A DNA stretch of 24,000 nt, taken from the NCBI GenBank assembly GCA_964612425.1, contig CAZTDX010000003.1, positions 76,193 through 100,192 of the forward strand. Direction: 5' to 3'. The notes under the pieces were generated by a model that saw nothing but the letters and a program-made list of their open reading frames with translations, had not been told where the DNA came from and did not search any database. Shown here in pieces: positions 7,165 through 16,142 of the stretch; the first letter of the stretch is position 1, and each line of letters opens with the position of its first letter. This DNA is from an uncultured Pseudobdellovibrionaceae bacterium. GTDB lineage: Bacteria; Bdellovibrionota; Bdellovibrionia; Bdellovibrionales; Bdellovibrionaceae. The position numbers and the translations under genes were made by a program.

Positions 7165-8793
7165 TCAGCCTCCTCTTTTACTCAAATAATATTCCCAATT
7201 TCCTTCTATCACATTTAATTGATTTCGGTCCAACTCAAAAACCTTAGTGGTTATCTCTCTTAAGAAAAAGCGATCGTGACTAACGATCATAACTGTTCCA
7301 GGAAACTCTTTGATAGCCTCAAGCAAAACTTCCCGAGAGGCAATGTCTAAGTGGTTTGTCGGTTCATCCAATACCAATAAATTTGGAGCCTGTGCTAATA
7401 TACAAGCTAACACCACACGGCTTTTCTCTCCTCCCGATAGGACTTCAATGCGTTTTTCAACATCATCACCAGAAAATTTAAAAGCCCCTAAAAGAGTTTT
7501 TATCGTACCCAACGTGCTATTGGGAATACGGCTTTGCACTTCCTCTAAAATAGTTGATTTCGTATTTAAAACATCAAGCGAGTTTTGAGAAAAATATCCC
7601 ATTCGAATGGAACTTCCAAGAATGGCCTGCCCTTCAGAAGGTGTCGTATGTCCTGCTACAATTTTTAAGAGCGTCGACTTACCAGCGCCATTGATTCCAA
7701 CCAACGCCACTCGGTCCAAGCGCTTCACTAGAGCTTTTGCGTTTTTAAAAACTAATTTTTCATCTCCATTTTCTTTTTGCCAAACCTTACCTAAATTTTC
7801 TAGCTTTATAACCTCATCTCCACCTCGTGGAGGCTCTGGCCATACAAACTTAATAACACTTGCCTCTGTGGGAACTTCAATCCGGTCAATTTTCTCTAGC
7901 TTCTTCACTCTTGATTGCACTTGGGCCGCATGTGAGGCTCGCGCGGCAAATCGCGCGATAAACTCTTCTTCTTTAGCAAGCATATCTTCTTGTCGTTTAG
8001 CAGCGGCAATCAGTTGTTCTTTGCGTACTTGCCGTTCGCGATCATAAAAATCATAATTCCCACTATAAACAGTTATTGTTTGATTTGCGACTTCGACAAT
8101 TTTATTAACTAATCGATTCATAAAATCACGGTCATGGCTTGTCATGAGCAAGGCTCCACGAAAATTCATTAGCCACTCTTCTAGCCAAATAATAGACTCC
8201 ATATCAAGATGATTGGTCGGTTCATCCATCAACAAGACATCGGGATTTAAAAGTAAGATTTTCGCGAGCGCAATCCTCATTTTCCAACCGCCAGAGTAGC
8301 TTGCCGTGGGGCGATGATGATCCTCTGGCGGAAACCCCAGCCCCGTTAAAATTTCCGCCGCACGCGACTCCATATCATAACCACCAATACGCTCAAACTC
8401 AGCTTGGGCCTCTCCGTACTCTTCTAACAAGCGATTCATCTCATCATCGCTCATGGGAGTGGTTGCGGAGTCCTCGAGTTGCTTTTCCATTTCCTTAATT
8501 CGTGTTTGCAATTGCGGAAACAAACTGTTGGCTGACATCGCCTCTTGAATCACACTTTTTCCGGCCATTTCCTCAATATTTTGAGAAAAGTATCCAACAA
8601 CTACTTTCTCCGGTTTAGAAACACTTCCAGAGTCATATCCTTCTTCGTTCGTGAGAATACGAAAAATTGTGGTTTTACCGGCTCCATTGGGGCCCACTAA
8701 TCCAATTTTTTCCCCCTGATTGATTTGAAATGATGCATTTTTATATAAAATCCTGGGGCCATACTGCTTGGTTACTTTCGCAAAATGTATCAT
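7165..8793 (-). CDS. ABC-F family ATPase (two tandem ABC domains, no transmembrane domain; YbiT/Uup-like translation-associated factor)
   Basis: Two Walker A motifs (GPNGAGKTT, GINGAGKST). Two signature motifs (YSGGWKMR, LSGGEKSR). Two Walker B motifs (LLMDEPTNHLD, LVLDEPTNHLD). A charged inter-domain linker is present. 542 aa. Confidence 0.93.
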   Translation of the reverse strand: MIHFAKVTKQYGPRILYKNASFQINQGEKIGLVGPNGAGKTTIFRILTNEEGYDSGSVSKPEKVVVGYFSQNIEEMAGKSVIQEAMSANSLFPQLQTRIKEMEKQLEDSATTPMSDDEMNRLLEEYGEAQAEFERIGGYDMESRAAEILTGLGFPPEDHHRPTASYSGGWKMRIALAKILLLNPDVLLMDEPTNHLDMESIIWLEEWLMNFRGALLMTSHDRDFMNRLVNKIVEVANQTITVYSGNYDFYDRERQVRKEQLIAAAKRQEDMLAKEEEFIARFAARASHAAQVQSRVKKLEKIDRIEVPTEASVIKFVWPEPPRGGDEVIKLENLGKVWQKENGDEKLVFKNAKALVKRLDRVALVGINGAGKSTLLKIVAGHTTPSEGQAILGSSIRMGYFSQNSLDVLNTKSTILEEVQSRIPNSTLGTIKTLLGAFKFSGDDVEKRIEVLSGGEKSRVVLACILAQAPNLLVLDEPTNHLDIASREVLLEAIKEFPGTVMIVSHDRFFLREITTKVFELDRNQLNVIEGNWEYYLSKRGG

Positions 8794-9047
8794 TCTCTCC
8801 CTTTCAATCGATTTTAAACTAAAAACTTATAAACAAAATTAAGTGAGTTGTGGCTCAACTTGAGCCTTTGAAGCCTTTTCCGACTCATCTTGAAACACTC
8901 ATCTGAATACTTATTCAACACTTTCACAAAGGAGTCAATATAAGGCCAATCTGACACTCTTTCTGTTTCAATCTGCTTTATTTCATTGTTGGGAAATCCG
9001 AGGAATTTATTGCCTTAAATTAAAACACAAATCCTTGGGAGGATTCA

Positions 9048-9938
9048 ATGCCATCAAAAATAAGTAGCTTACCATTTAAATTAAAACCATTCATCGTAGG
9101 AATTGCAGCGACACTCTTGTTTTCTGCTACCACTTTTTCTAAAGAAAAATTATTTATTCCCGCTCACCCTCAAGAGCGAGCACCTCTTCTAGTAGCTATT
9201 CACGGCTGCCTTAACAGCGCCGATGGTATGGATGAGGAAACTCACTTCTCTGAACTGGCAGAATCTAAAGGCGTTTACGTCTATTACCCAGAGCCCTATC
9301 AAGGAGAAGAAAATTCTAAAGGTTGTTTTGAATTTTACACTCCAGAATCACAGAATGTGGGAGGTGGTGATGCCGCGGCTTTGGTATCAAAAGTTCAGTC
9401 TCTTATAAAGAAATATAATTTAGATGAAAGCAAAGTTTTCGCAGTAGGGATGTCGGCTGGCTCGTCCCTTATTCCTGTTCTTATCAATTGCTACCCCGAT
9501 GTTTTTAAAGGCGTGGCTATGCACTCGGGAATGGGGTATGGCCTTGTTTCAACATGGCAAGAATCACTTCTCATTGCAAAGTTTGGCCCCAATCCCTTTC
9601 ATCAGCGAAACACCACTTGCAGCCCTACTCAATACAATGGAAAGATCTTTCTCATTCAAGGCAGCAAAGACCCCGTTATGAATAAAAAACATTATAAACT
9701 TCTTAAAAAAGACTATCTCAGCGATACGGCTTTTACTTCTCAAAAATACCCAGAAACTGATCAAGTGCTTGGCTATGAGCGAAGCTTTTACAGTAAAAAC
9801 GGCACAATCATGGGTCAAACTCTCTATGTCAAAGGAATGGGGCATGATTGGAGCGGAAATAAATTAATGAATCCCTTTATCAATAAAGTCGGACCAGAAG
9901 TTTCTCCAATGATCATTGATTTTTTCTTTAATAAGTAG
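9048..9938 (+). CDS. Secreted esterase, PHB-depolymerase family (LpqC-like alpha/beta hydrolase)
   Basis: Signal or transmembrane segment IVGIAATLLFSATTFS. Motifs: LVAIHGC, YPE, GC.EFY. Nucleophile elbow GMSAG. SD GGGAGG. Confidence 0.8.
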   Translation: MPSKISSLPFKLKPFIVGIAATLLFSATTFSKEKLFIPAHPQERAPLLVAIHGCLNSADGMDEETHFSELAESKGVYVYYPEPYQGEENSKGCFEFYTPESQNVGGGDAAALVSKVQSLIKKYNLDESKVFAVGMSAGSSLIPVLINCYPDVFKGVAMHSGMGYGLVSTWQESLLIAKFGPNPFHQRNTTCSPTQYNGKIFLIQGSKDPVMNKKHYKLLKKDYLSDTAFTSQKYPETDQVLGYERSFYSKNGTIMGQTLYVKGMGHDWSGNKLMNPFINKVGPEVSPMIIDFFFNK

Positions 9939-9960
9939 ATTCATCTGAAATTGACCTACT

Positions 9961-9992
9961 TCTTCGTTGAAAAAGTTTAAATCAAACGAAGA
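9961..9992. terminator. Hairpin in the convergent gap between the esterase gene and fadE
   Basis: TCTTCGTT (9961-9968) pairs with AACGAAGA (9985-9992), with a 16-nt loop. Confidence 0.3.
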
Positions 9993-10002
9993 GGTGTCCT
10001 CA

Positions 10003-10030
10003 AGGAGCACAAGGTAATTATTGTGCTCCT
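10003..10030. terminator. Strong hairpin, probable bidirectional terminator between the esterase gene and fadE
   Basis: AGGAGCACAA (10003-10012), loop GGTAATTA, TTGTGCTCCT (10021-10030). A perfect 10-bp stem placed 8 nt from the fadE stop. U-tracts are poor on both strands. Confidence 0.5.
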
Positions 10031-10037
10031 CTTAAAA

Positions 10038-12479
10038 TTACAAGCTCGCTAAACCTGTTAATGAGCTTTGTGTGGTATCTGAATGATACTGTTCTTCATT
10101 AAAATCATCGACTTGAACAGCATCAAAGCGAATCAGCTCACTCTTCAATAAAACGTCTTTATCGCTCGAAGTAATAATTGCTTGAGCAAAAGCTTCCTCT
10201 ACTAAAAGAAGTGGCTTTTTCTTTGGTAAGCGACCTTCTTTGATAGCTTTTCGGATTTTCTTTTCAGCACTGTCAGCTTGGTTCATTATCTTGAAGGCTT
10301 GTTGTAAGCGACCGACTTGCTCATTTGTATCTTGCGGCAAATACATCCCTTCAATCATTCGTTCCCTTGTCGGAGTGTCGTGAATCATCACATCCACCAT
10401 GGCATGAGTGAGATTATCCGTAATGTGAGAACTCAAAGAATTGATGCGTGACCATGCTCCGATAAATCCTTTTACTAACCAACCTAAACCAGGAATGTTT
10501 AGATTATCAAAAATGCCATCAAAACCATTTTGAATTTGTTGCAAACCATATTTTAAAGAGAAACGGACAAATGCTAAATCTTCTGGTTTTCTTCCCTCTG
10601 CTTCAAAACGACGAATCACCGCAGAGCAAATATACATCCACGAAAGAATATCGGCAAATCGCCCCGTTAGTTTTTCTTTCGCCTTCAATGTTCCACCGAG
10701 TGTTCCCATAGCAATATCGGACCAAATAGCAAAAGACGCTGAGGTCCAAATCAAACGGCGATAGTAAACAGCCAGAGGACCTGCTCCTGATGGAACATTG
10801 GCAATATACCCGCGAGTTAAACTGAGCCCCAAAGCTCTAAAACCATTTCGAACGATGTGACCTATGTGACCCCAAAATGCAAAATCAAATCCCGAGACAT
10901 CACCTTTTTCAACAGATTCCACTTCTTTGAAAGCGTAGGGATGAGCGCGCAGAGCACCCTGACCAAACACCATCAGTGTACGAGTTAAAATATTTGCCCC
11001 TTCAACAGTAATACCAATAGGGGTGGCAATATACATTTCAGCAATTAAATTTCTAGGCCCAAGAGAGATTCCATTTCCGCCCATCGCATCCATCGCATCA
11101 TTAACCACCTTGCGGCTAATTTCAGTGGCGTTGTATTTTGTAATCGCTGTGATCACAGGAGGCTTGATCCCTTTATCAAGAGCACCGAGAGTAAATCGTC
11201 GCAAAGCCTCTAACATATAGTTAAAACCAACTATGCGAGCGACAGGCTCTTCAACACCTTCAAATTTTCCGATGGGCATTCCAAATTGACGACGAATGGC
11301 CGCATGAGATGTTGCAGCGAAAGTGCACAACTTTGTTCCACCAGTACTTTGAGCGGGAAGTGAAATGCCTCGACCTGCGGCCAAGCAGTCCATAAGCATT
11401 CCCCAGCCTTTACCCACACCATCACGTCCACCTATGATCGCATCCAATCCCACCACCACGTCTTTTCCACGCGTCGGGCAATTGTGAAATGGAATACTTA
11501 ATGGATCATGTCGTTGCCCAATCTGAACCCCTTTAGTTGAGGTTGGAATGAGCGCGCAAGTGATCCCTACATCTTGACCTAAGCCGAGTAAATTATCTGG
11601 ATCGCGCAATTTGAAAGCGAGACCAAGGACCGTCGCAATCGATGCCAAAGTGATATAACGTTTATTCCATTGTAAACGAACTTTAATTTGACCATCACTG
11701 TCTTTAAAGACCACGCCATCAGAAGTAATTGACGCCGCATCACTCCCTGCCCCAGGCTCAGTTAAAGCAAAACAAGGAATTTCTTCTCCAGTTGCTAATC
11801 GAGGTAAATAAAATTTCTTTTGTTCTTCGGTTCCGTAGTGAACCAAGAGTTCTGCTGGTCCTAAAGAGTTTGGAACCATCACCGTAATTGCGGCAGGAAT
11901 GGAGCGAGATGACAACTTCATAATCACTTCAGAGTGAGCCAGCGCCGAGAAGCCAAGCCCTCCATACTCTTTAGGGATAATCATTCCCAAAAACTTTTCC
12001 TTTTTAATAATCTCCCAAGCCTCTGGAGATAATGTGCGTTTTTTATATACCGACCAAGGATTCAAAGCCTGACAAAGTCGATCCGTTGGACCATTGATAA
12101 ACTTTTTTTCCTCATCAGTGAGTTGAGGATAGGGTTCTTGCATAATTTTTTGAAAGTCAGGCTTTCCTGAAAAAAGATCGCCTTCCACCCACACAACACC
12201 TGCCTCTAATGCAGTACGCTCAGTTGCTGAAATTTTAGGAATAAATTCTAATTTTTTGAGAAGACCCATGAGGGGCGCTGAAACCAGCATCTTTCTGAGA
12301 GGCTTTAAGTTAAATATGAGGAGAATAACTGCTGCTACTCCCACCACTGGAACAGATCCCGCTGTTCCAAACCAGAGGGACGCTATCATAAAAGCTGACC
12401 ACACAATAAGCGGGCTCCCTAGATAACCAATTACTATTAATGCCAACAACCAGACGATCAAAATCAAAAATGTTTCCAC
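10038..12479 (-). CDS. fadE: Large membrane-anchored acyl-CoA dehydrogenase, FadE type
   Basis: 813 aa, matching E. coli-type FadE in size. Hydrophobic N-terminal segments are followed by an ACAD core (EPGAGSDA, QWNKRYITLA). GTG start with SD AGGGAG 8 nt upstream. Confidence 0.9.
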   Translation of the reverse strand: METFLILIVWLLALIVIGYLGSPLIVWSAFMIASLWFGTAGSVPVVGVAAVILLIFNLKPLRKMLVSAPLMGLLKKLEFIPKISATERTALEAGVVWVEGDLFSGKPDFQKIMQEPYPQLTDEEKKFINGPTDRLCQALNPWSVYKKRTLSPEAWEIIKKEKFLGMIIPKEYGGLGFSALAHSEVIMKLSSRSIPAAITVMVPNSLGPAELLVHYGTEEQKKFYLPRLATGEEIPCFALTEPGAGSDAASITSDGVVFKDSDGQIKVRLQWNKRYITLASIATVLGLAFKLRDPDNLLGLGQDVGITCALIPTSTKGVQIGQRHDPLSIPFHNCPTRGKDVVVGLDAIIGGRDGVGKGWGMLMDCLAAGRGISLPAQSTGGTKLCTFAATSHAAIRRQFGMPIGKFEGVEEPVARIVGFNYMLEALRRFTLGALDKGIKPPVITAITKYNATEISRKVVNDAMDAMGGNGISLGPRNLIAEMYIATPIGITVEGANILTRTLMVFGQGALRAHPYAFKEVESVEKGDVSGFDFAFWGHIGHIVRNGFRALGLSLTRGYIANVPSGAGPLAVYYRRLIWTSASFAIWSDIAMGTLGGTLKAKEKLTGRFADILSWMYICSAVIRRFEAEGRKPEDLAFVRFSLKYGLQQIQNGFDGIFDNLNIPGLGWLVKGFIGAWSRINSLSSHITDNLTHAMVDVMIHDTPTRERMIEGMYLPQDTNEQVGRLQQAFKIMNQADSAEKKIRKAIKEGRLPKKKPLLLVEEAFAQAIITSSDKDVLLKSELIRFDAVQVDDFNEEQYHSDTTQSSLTGLASL

Positions 12480-12511
12480 GTCAAATCTCCCTTGAAAAAA
12501 TTGACCATTTC

Positions 12512-12540
12512 ATCCTAAACGAAAGAAGAATTAACAGCAA
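12512..12540 (-). promoter_or_regulatory. Candidate sigma-70 promoter for fadE
   Basis: The minus strand reads TTGCTG, a 17-nt spacer, then TAGGAT, about 30 nt upstream of the GTG start. Confidence 0.3.
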
Positions 12541-12738
12541 CGAATTAAAATGATTTAAAAAAGGAATCTAAGCCATTAAATAAAATTTGCTTAAAAAACA
12601 GATCTTAATGAGAGAAATTGAAGTTGATATGACTTGAATCATAAAAGTTTAAAAGAGAAATAAAGAAACAAAAGTGAATGCCACTACTATGTCACTGCTG
12701 CCTTCAAGCAACTGCCACAATCAAGACAGGATAAAAAT

Positions 12739-12768
12739 AAAAAACCCCCAATTTCTTGAGGGTTTTTT
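12739..12768 (-). terminator. Rho-independent terminator of the Ala/Pro-rich lipoprotein gene
   Basis: The minus strand reads AAAAAACCCTCAAGAAATTGGGGGTTTTTTATTTTTAT. This is a GC-containing stem with one mismatch and a 4-nt loop, followed by a long U-tract, 33 nt after the stop. Confidence 0.8.
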
Positions 12769-12800
12769 ATGAACTTTCACTCTAACAATAAGAGTTAAGC

Positions 12801-13040
12801 TTAGTGTGTTTCAGCAGGAGCGGCAGCAGGTGCTTCTGCAGCAGGAGCGGCATCAGCAGCTGGAGCTGCGGCAGCATCAGTCGCAGCGGGGGCTGCAGGC
12901 TCAGCGGCAGGAGCTTGAGCAGCCGGAGCTGCTGGTTCAGCAGGAGCTTGAGCAGCTTCTGGAGCTGGTTGATTTTTTGAGCAAGTAAAACCTGTAGTAA
13001 AAGCGAGTGCAAGCAAAGCACCTAAAACGATTGCTTTCAT
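12801..13040 (-). CDS. Small Ala/Pro-rich low-complexity lipoprotein (79 aa)
   Basis: ATG at 13040 with SD AAGGA. Signal peptide MKAIVLGALLALAFTTGFTC, with a lipobox-like Cys. The remainder is (A/P/E/Q) repeats. The locus is much more GC-rich than its flanks and is bracketed by terminators. The 95-aa TTG-start version is less likely. Confidence 0.65.
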   Translation of the reverse strand: MKAIVLGALLALAFTTGFTCSKNQPAPEAAQAPAEPAAPAAQAPAAEPAAPAATDAAAAPAADAAPAAEAPAAAPAETH

Positions 13041-13124
13041 TTCTGTTCCTTTCGTGCGCATAAGGCGCGTTATCTTTTTTTTTAGCAAGATAACCTTTAT
13101 CGCAAAGCCTTATTTCAAATGCAA

Positions 13125-13146
13125 ACAGAAATTTTACAGAAATTTG
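13125..13146. repeat. Tandem 11-bp direct repeat ACAGAAATTT(T/G) x2 upstream of the lipoprotein gene
   Basis: 13125-13135 and 13136-13146 are identical at 10 of 11 positions. They lie 85-105 bp upstream of ATG 13040. Confidence 0.6.
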
Positions 13147-13207
13147 ATTTTAAATTTTGCTTACTTTAATTGCAGAAATGATAGCTCTCTATCTAAACTC
13201 ACCTTTA

Positions 13208-13244
13208 ATAAAAAAAAGAAGCTTTGAATATCAAAGCTTCTTTT
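13208..13244 (-). terminator. Rho-independent terminator of the 360-aa orphan gene
   Basis: Perfect 14-bp palindrome AAAAGAAGCTTTGA / TCAAAGCTTCTTTT (13214-13227 and 13231-13244). On the minus strand it is followed by TTTTTTTTATT. Confidence 0.8.
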
Positions 13245-13283
13245 GAAACATATTTCAAGCAACTAAAAATTTCTATGATTGCC

Positions 13284-14366
13284 CTATTTTTTGTTTCTCG
13301 ATTCTTGTTGCAAATAACCTGGAGAATGCGTTTCAACATATTCAGACGGGCTCAAAGATTGTAGTCCCTTAGCATAACGACGAAGTACTGTTAACTTTGA
13401 AGGATCATTTAAGTCTTCAAGTTTAAAGTTTTCCAACTCTCTAGCCAACTGAACTGGCTCATAATACTTATCAACATCCATTCTGGATAGTCCAAAATAA
13501 TAGGGAATATTAACAACGGACTCAATGGCCAACCCTGGGATTAGAAAAATTAATCTTGCACCGATTGATCGTGCTATTTCCGCATCAATCTCTTTCGTTT
13601 TTTTAGTTGAGCAACGATAGTCAGTAAACCTATCAACACGAGTAAATACATCCTGTTCACCAATGTTAATGTCTGTAGTCTCAAATATTTTTAAAGAACT
13701 TTGTGACTTATAAACATTTTGACATCTTGTTTCTTTAATTAATTTCGCAACTTTTATTAATTCTTCAGATCCCTCAATGGGGATCACAGGGTAATCTAAA
13801 TGTCGAGATACTTTTACATCCTCACCAAAAGTAATTGAGAGCTTAACAGATGGTTTTTCACTGGTTGCAGCTTGACAACTCTTTGCTAGCTTTTCTTTTA
13901 ATTCATTAATATCTAATTTACCCAAGGTTGAATCTTTTTGACTTACAGCATTGGTAAAGTTGATTTCACCATTGCTTAAAATTGATAGTCCTGGTGCATT
14001 TGTTAAATTTAAGAAACTAGTAATCTTGTATGAGTCAGTTGAACCATTTTTTTTCGTTAATTCATACTTCTTACCATTTGCATCAAGATCTAACCAAATA
14101 GCCTCAATTTTTAATGAGTCGCTATTGTTTATATCTGAAAAACTTACATCTTTAGTCTCATCACATTTATTAACTCTAACAGTTACGTGACCTGACTTAA
14201 TTGATAATTGAGTAGGTCCAGGAACTTGAACAATCTCAAAGGGATCGTTATTTAAGTATTGATCCGCGTTCATTCCAGTCTTTGTGAATGTAAAGCTAAA
14301 TGCCTCTAGAGTAATAAGTGGCAACGCCATAAAAAGAAACTTATTTATTTTATTTTTCATTTTCAA
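13284..14366 (-). CDS. Secreted hypothetical protein (360 aa), no recognisable family
   Basis: SD AGAGAGG. N-terminal signal peptide KFLFMALPLITLEAFS. Long uninterrupted ORF with its own terminator. One hydrophobic stretch near the C-terminus (ARLIFLIPGLAIESVV). Confidence 0.8.
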   Translation of the reverse strand: MKMKNKINKFLFMALPLITLEAFSFTFTKTGMNADQYLNNDPFEIVQVPGPTQLSIKSGHVTVRVNKCDETKDVSFSDINNSDSLKIEAIWLDLDANGKKYELTKKNGSTDSYKITSFLNLTNAPGLSILSNGEINFTNAVSQKDSTLGKLDINELKEKLAKSCQAATSEKPSVKLSITFGEDVKVSRHLDYPVIPIEGSEELIKVAKLIKETRCQNVYKSQSSLKIFETTDINIGEQDVFTRVDRFTDYRCSTKKTKEIDAEIARSIGARLIFLIPGLAIESVVNIPYYFGLSRMDVDKYYEPVQLARELENFKLEDLNDPSKLTVLRRYAKGLQSLSPSEYVETHSPGYLQQESRNKK

Positions 14367-14583
14367 CCTCTCTGTAACAATAGTTATACTTATTTATTTA
14401 AGTTATATTTTATTTAACCTAAAAAAGTATATTAGATTTTAGAATTAAAAAATAGATGTTATTTTTCTGTTAATATTGGACATTTTTTGTCACTCAAATT
14501 TAATGCTATTTATTTTGGAAGAAAGATATAAATTACAATTGTTTAGCTAGAACTTAGCTACTCTTGTATTTCTATAAAATAAA

Positions 14584-15672
14584 TCAACTCACCCGTTGTT
14601 TGTGATGAAACTGCTTCATCACTTCATCGGCGATTCGCTCCAAAGGCAGAGTGCGATGAACGGCAAACAAGTCGATGGCCGCCTTCGGCATTCCAAAGAC
14701 GACACTGGTATTTTCGTCTTGCGCGATATTGTAACTTCCTGCTCTCTTCATAGCAAGCAAGCCATCAGCGCCATCTCTTCCCATTCCCGTTAACACCACA
14801 CCTATTGCGTTGGGACCAGCGTACTTTGCTACCGAACGCATTAAGTAATCGGCTGCGGGGCGAACGCCATGCAATTTTGAGTGCTGATGAAGTGAAACAA
14901 AATACTGTGCCCCTCGACGATCAAGCTCCATATGGTAATCACCTGGAGCCAATAACACGCGACCAGGCACCACTTGATCGCCTTCTTCGGCCTCCTTCAC
15001 TTCAAAACTGCAAAACGACTGAAGGCTCTCAGCATAACTTTTCGTAAACATTTGTGGCATATGCTGGACGATAAGAGTTCCTGGCAGATCGGCAGGCATT
15101 TGCGATAAAAATACTTTAAGGGCTTCGGTACCGCCCGTCGATGAGGCGATAGCAAGAATGGGAGAGGCATGGCCTTTTTGAGACCATTCTGGTTTATGTG
15201 TTGACGTTCGATAATGCTCTAACTTTTGCAATCGACTACTCGATAATTTTGATTTAGCATTTGATATTGCCTTTATTTTACTAATGAGATCTTGTGCCAA
15301 CTCTTTAAGTTTATGTACTTGATCCACAGAAACTTTTTCAACTACTTCTAAAGCACCAGCCTCATAGGACTTTGCCACCAATTCGGAATTTTCTTTTGCG
15401 ATACCGCTAAAAATAATGGTTGGAGTCGGAAAATGCTCCATCACTTTTTTTAAAAAAGTGATGCCATCCATTTTTGGCATTTCAACATCTAAAATCATTA
15501 CGTCAGGTGTTAACGAAATCAGTTTGTTTCTTGCGATATAGGCATCTGGTGCACTTCCAACGACTTCAATTTCAGGATCAGACGATAGCACTTCCGAGAG
15601 CATCGCTCTAATGGTGGCCGAATCATCTACTATTAATACGCGCACAGACCTTTTCATATTTTTTACACTCAA
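14584..15672 (-). CDS. cheB: Chemotaxis response regulator protein-glutamate methylesterase CheB
   Basis: N-terminal receiver domain (VRVLIVDDSATIR, MILDVEMPKMDG). C-terminal methylesterase domain (IASSTGG, GTLIVQHMP, VVLTGMGRDG). The track start at 15672 is TTG, overlapping the cheD stop. ATG at 15657 (MKRSVRVLIVDD) is an equally plausible start. Confidence 0.93.
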   Translation of the reverse strand: MSVKNMKRSVRVLIVDDSATIRAMLSEVLSSDPEIEVVGSAPDAYIARNKLISLTPDVMILDVEMPKMDGITFLKKVMEHFPTPTIIFSGIAKENSELVAKSYEAGALEVVEKVSVDQVHKLKELAQDLISKIKAISNAKSKLSSSRLQKLEHYRTSTHKPEWSQKGHASPILAIASSTGGTEALKVFLSQMPADLPGTLIVQHMPQMFTKSYAESLQSFCSFEVKEAEEGDQVVPGRVLLAPGDYHMELDRRGAQYFVSLHQHSKLHGVRPAADYLMRSVAKYAGPNAIGVVLTGMGRDGADGLLAMKRAGSYNIAQDENTSVVFGMPKAAIDLFAVHRTLPLERIADEVMKQFHHKQRVS

Positions 15673-16142
15673 GCTTTCCTAACTTTTGTTTCTTCACCGA
15701 TGTATTGTAATCTTATTTCAAATGTTTTCGTGTTCAAACTTATCTTGCGTCCCTTTTCACCACCCACGTCCGAATCAACGACGGGTATTCCTCGATGATT
15801 GAGAATTTTCCAGGCCATTTCTAAATTGAGTCGGCCCACTTCAGCTCCAATATCAACTCCTGAGAGCACATCGGCACCACCAAATATTTTAGCTTGAAGA
15901 CTGCGGACCTCAGAACCCTTATTCCTCATCGTTTTTATTAATTTTTCAATAGCATAGTCACCATAACGAGTTGATGGTGAATCGTTCTTATTTAATGTAG
16001 GGAGCAAATAATGATTTAACCCTCCGCTCTGTAGCTTTAAGTCATAAAGTGCCACCCCAACACAACTTCCAAATATTGTTGAGATCAAAGTTTCCTCTTC
16101 AGAAAAATGCCATTCTCCTGGAAGTAAATAAACTTTATTCAC
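15669..16142 (-). CDS. cheD: Chemoreceptor glutamine deamidase CheD
   Basis: Motifs LPGEWHFS and STIFGSCVGVALYD (catalytic Cys context). About 157 aa. The GTG start overlaps the cheW stop (GTGA), indicating translational coupling. Confidence 0.88.
   Translation of the reverse strand: MNKVYLLPGEWHFSEEETLISTIFGSCVGVALYDLKLQSGGLNHYLLPTLNKNDSPSTRYGDYAIEKLIKTMRNKGSEVRSLQAKIFGGADVLSGVDIGAEVGRLNLEMAWKILNHRGIPVVDSDVGGEKGRKISLNTKTFEIRLQYIGEETKVRKA

Noticed and set aside
6391-8498. Track ORFs 6391-6645(-), 7044-7247(+), 7310-7588(+), 7607-8047(+) and 8301-8498(+)
   Set aside because: These are antisense shadows of the CBS, bcp and ABC-F genes. ORF 7044-7247 is simply the complement of the Lys-repeat region.
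9223-11431. Track ORFs inside the esterase gene (9223-9408, 9499-9681, 9564-9845) and inside fadE (11023-11220, 11231-11431)
   Set aside because: They are nested in, or antisense to, genes with clear family motifs and have no translation signals.
12782-13088. Alternative-frame ORFs 12782-13021(-) and 12806-12988(+), and the 95-aa TTG-start form of the lipoprotein
   Set aside because: The GC-rich repeat keeps several frames open. Only the frame starting at ATG 13040 yields an SD plus a signal peptide with Cys. The TTG form would begin inside the leader hairpin.
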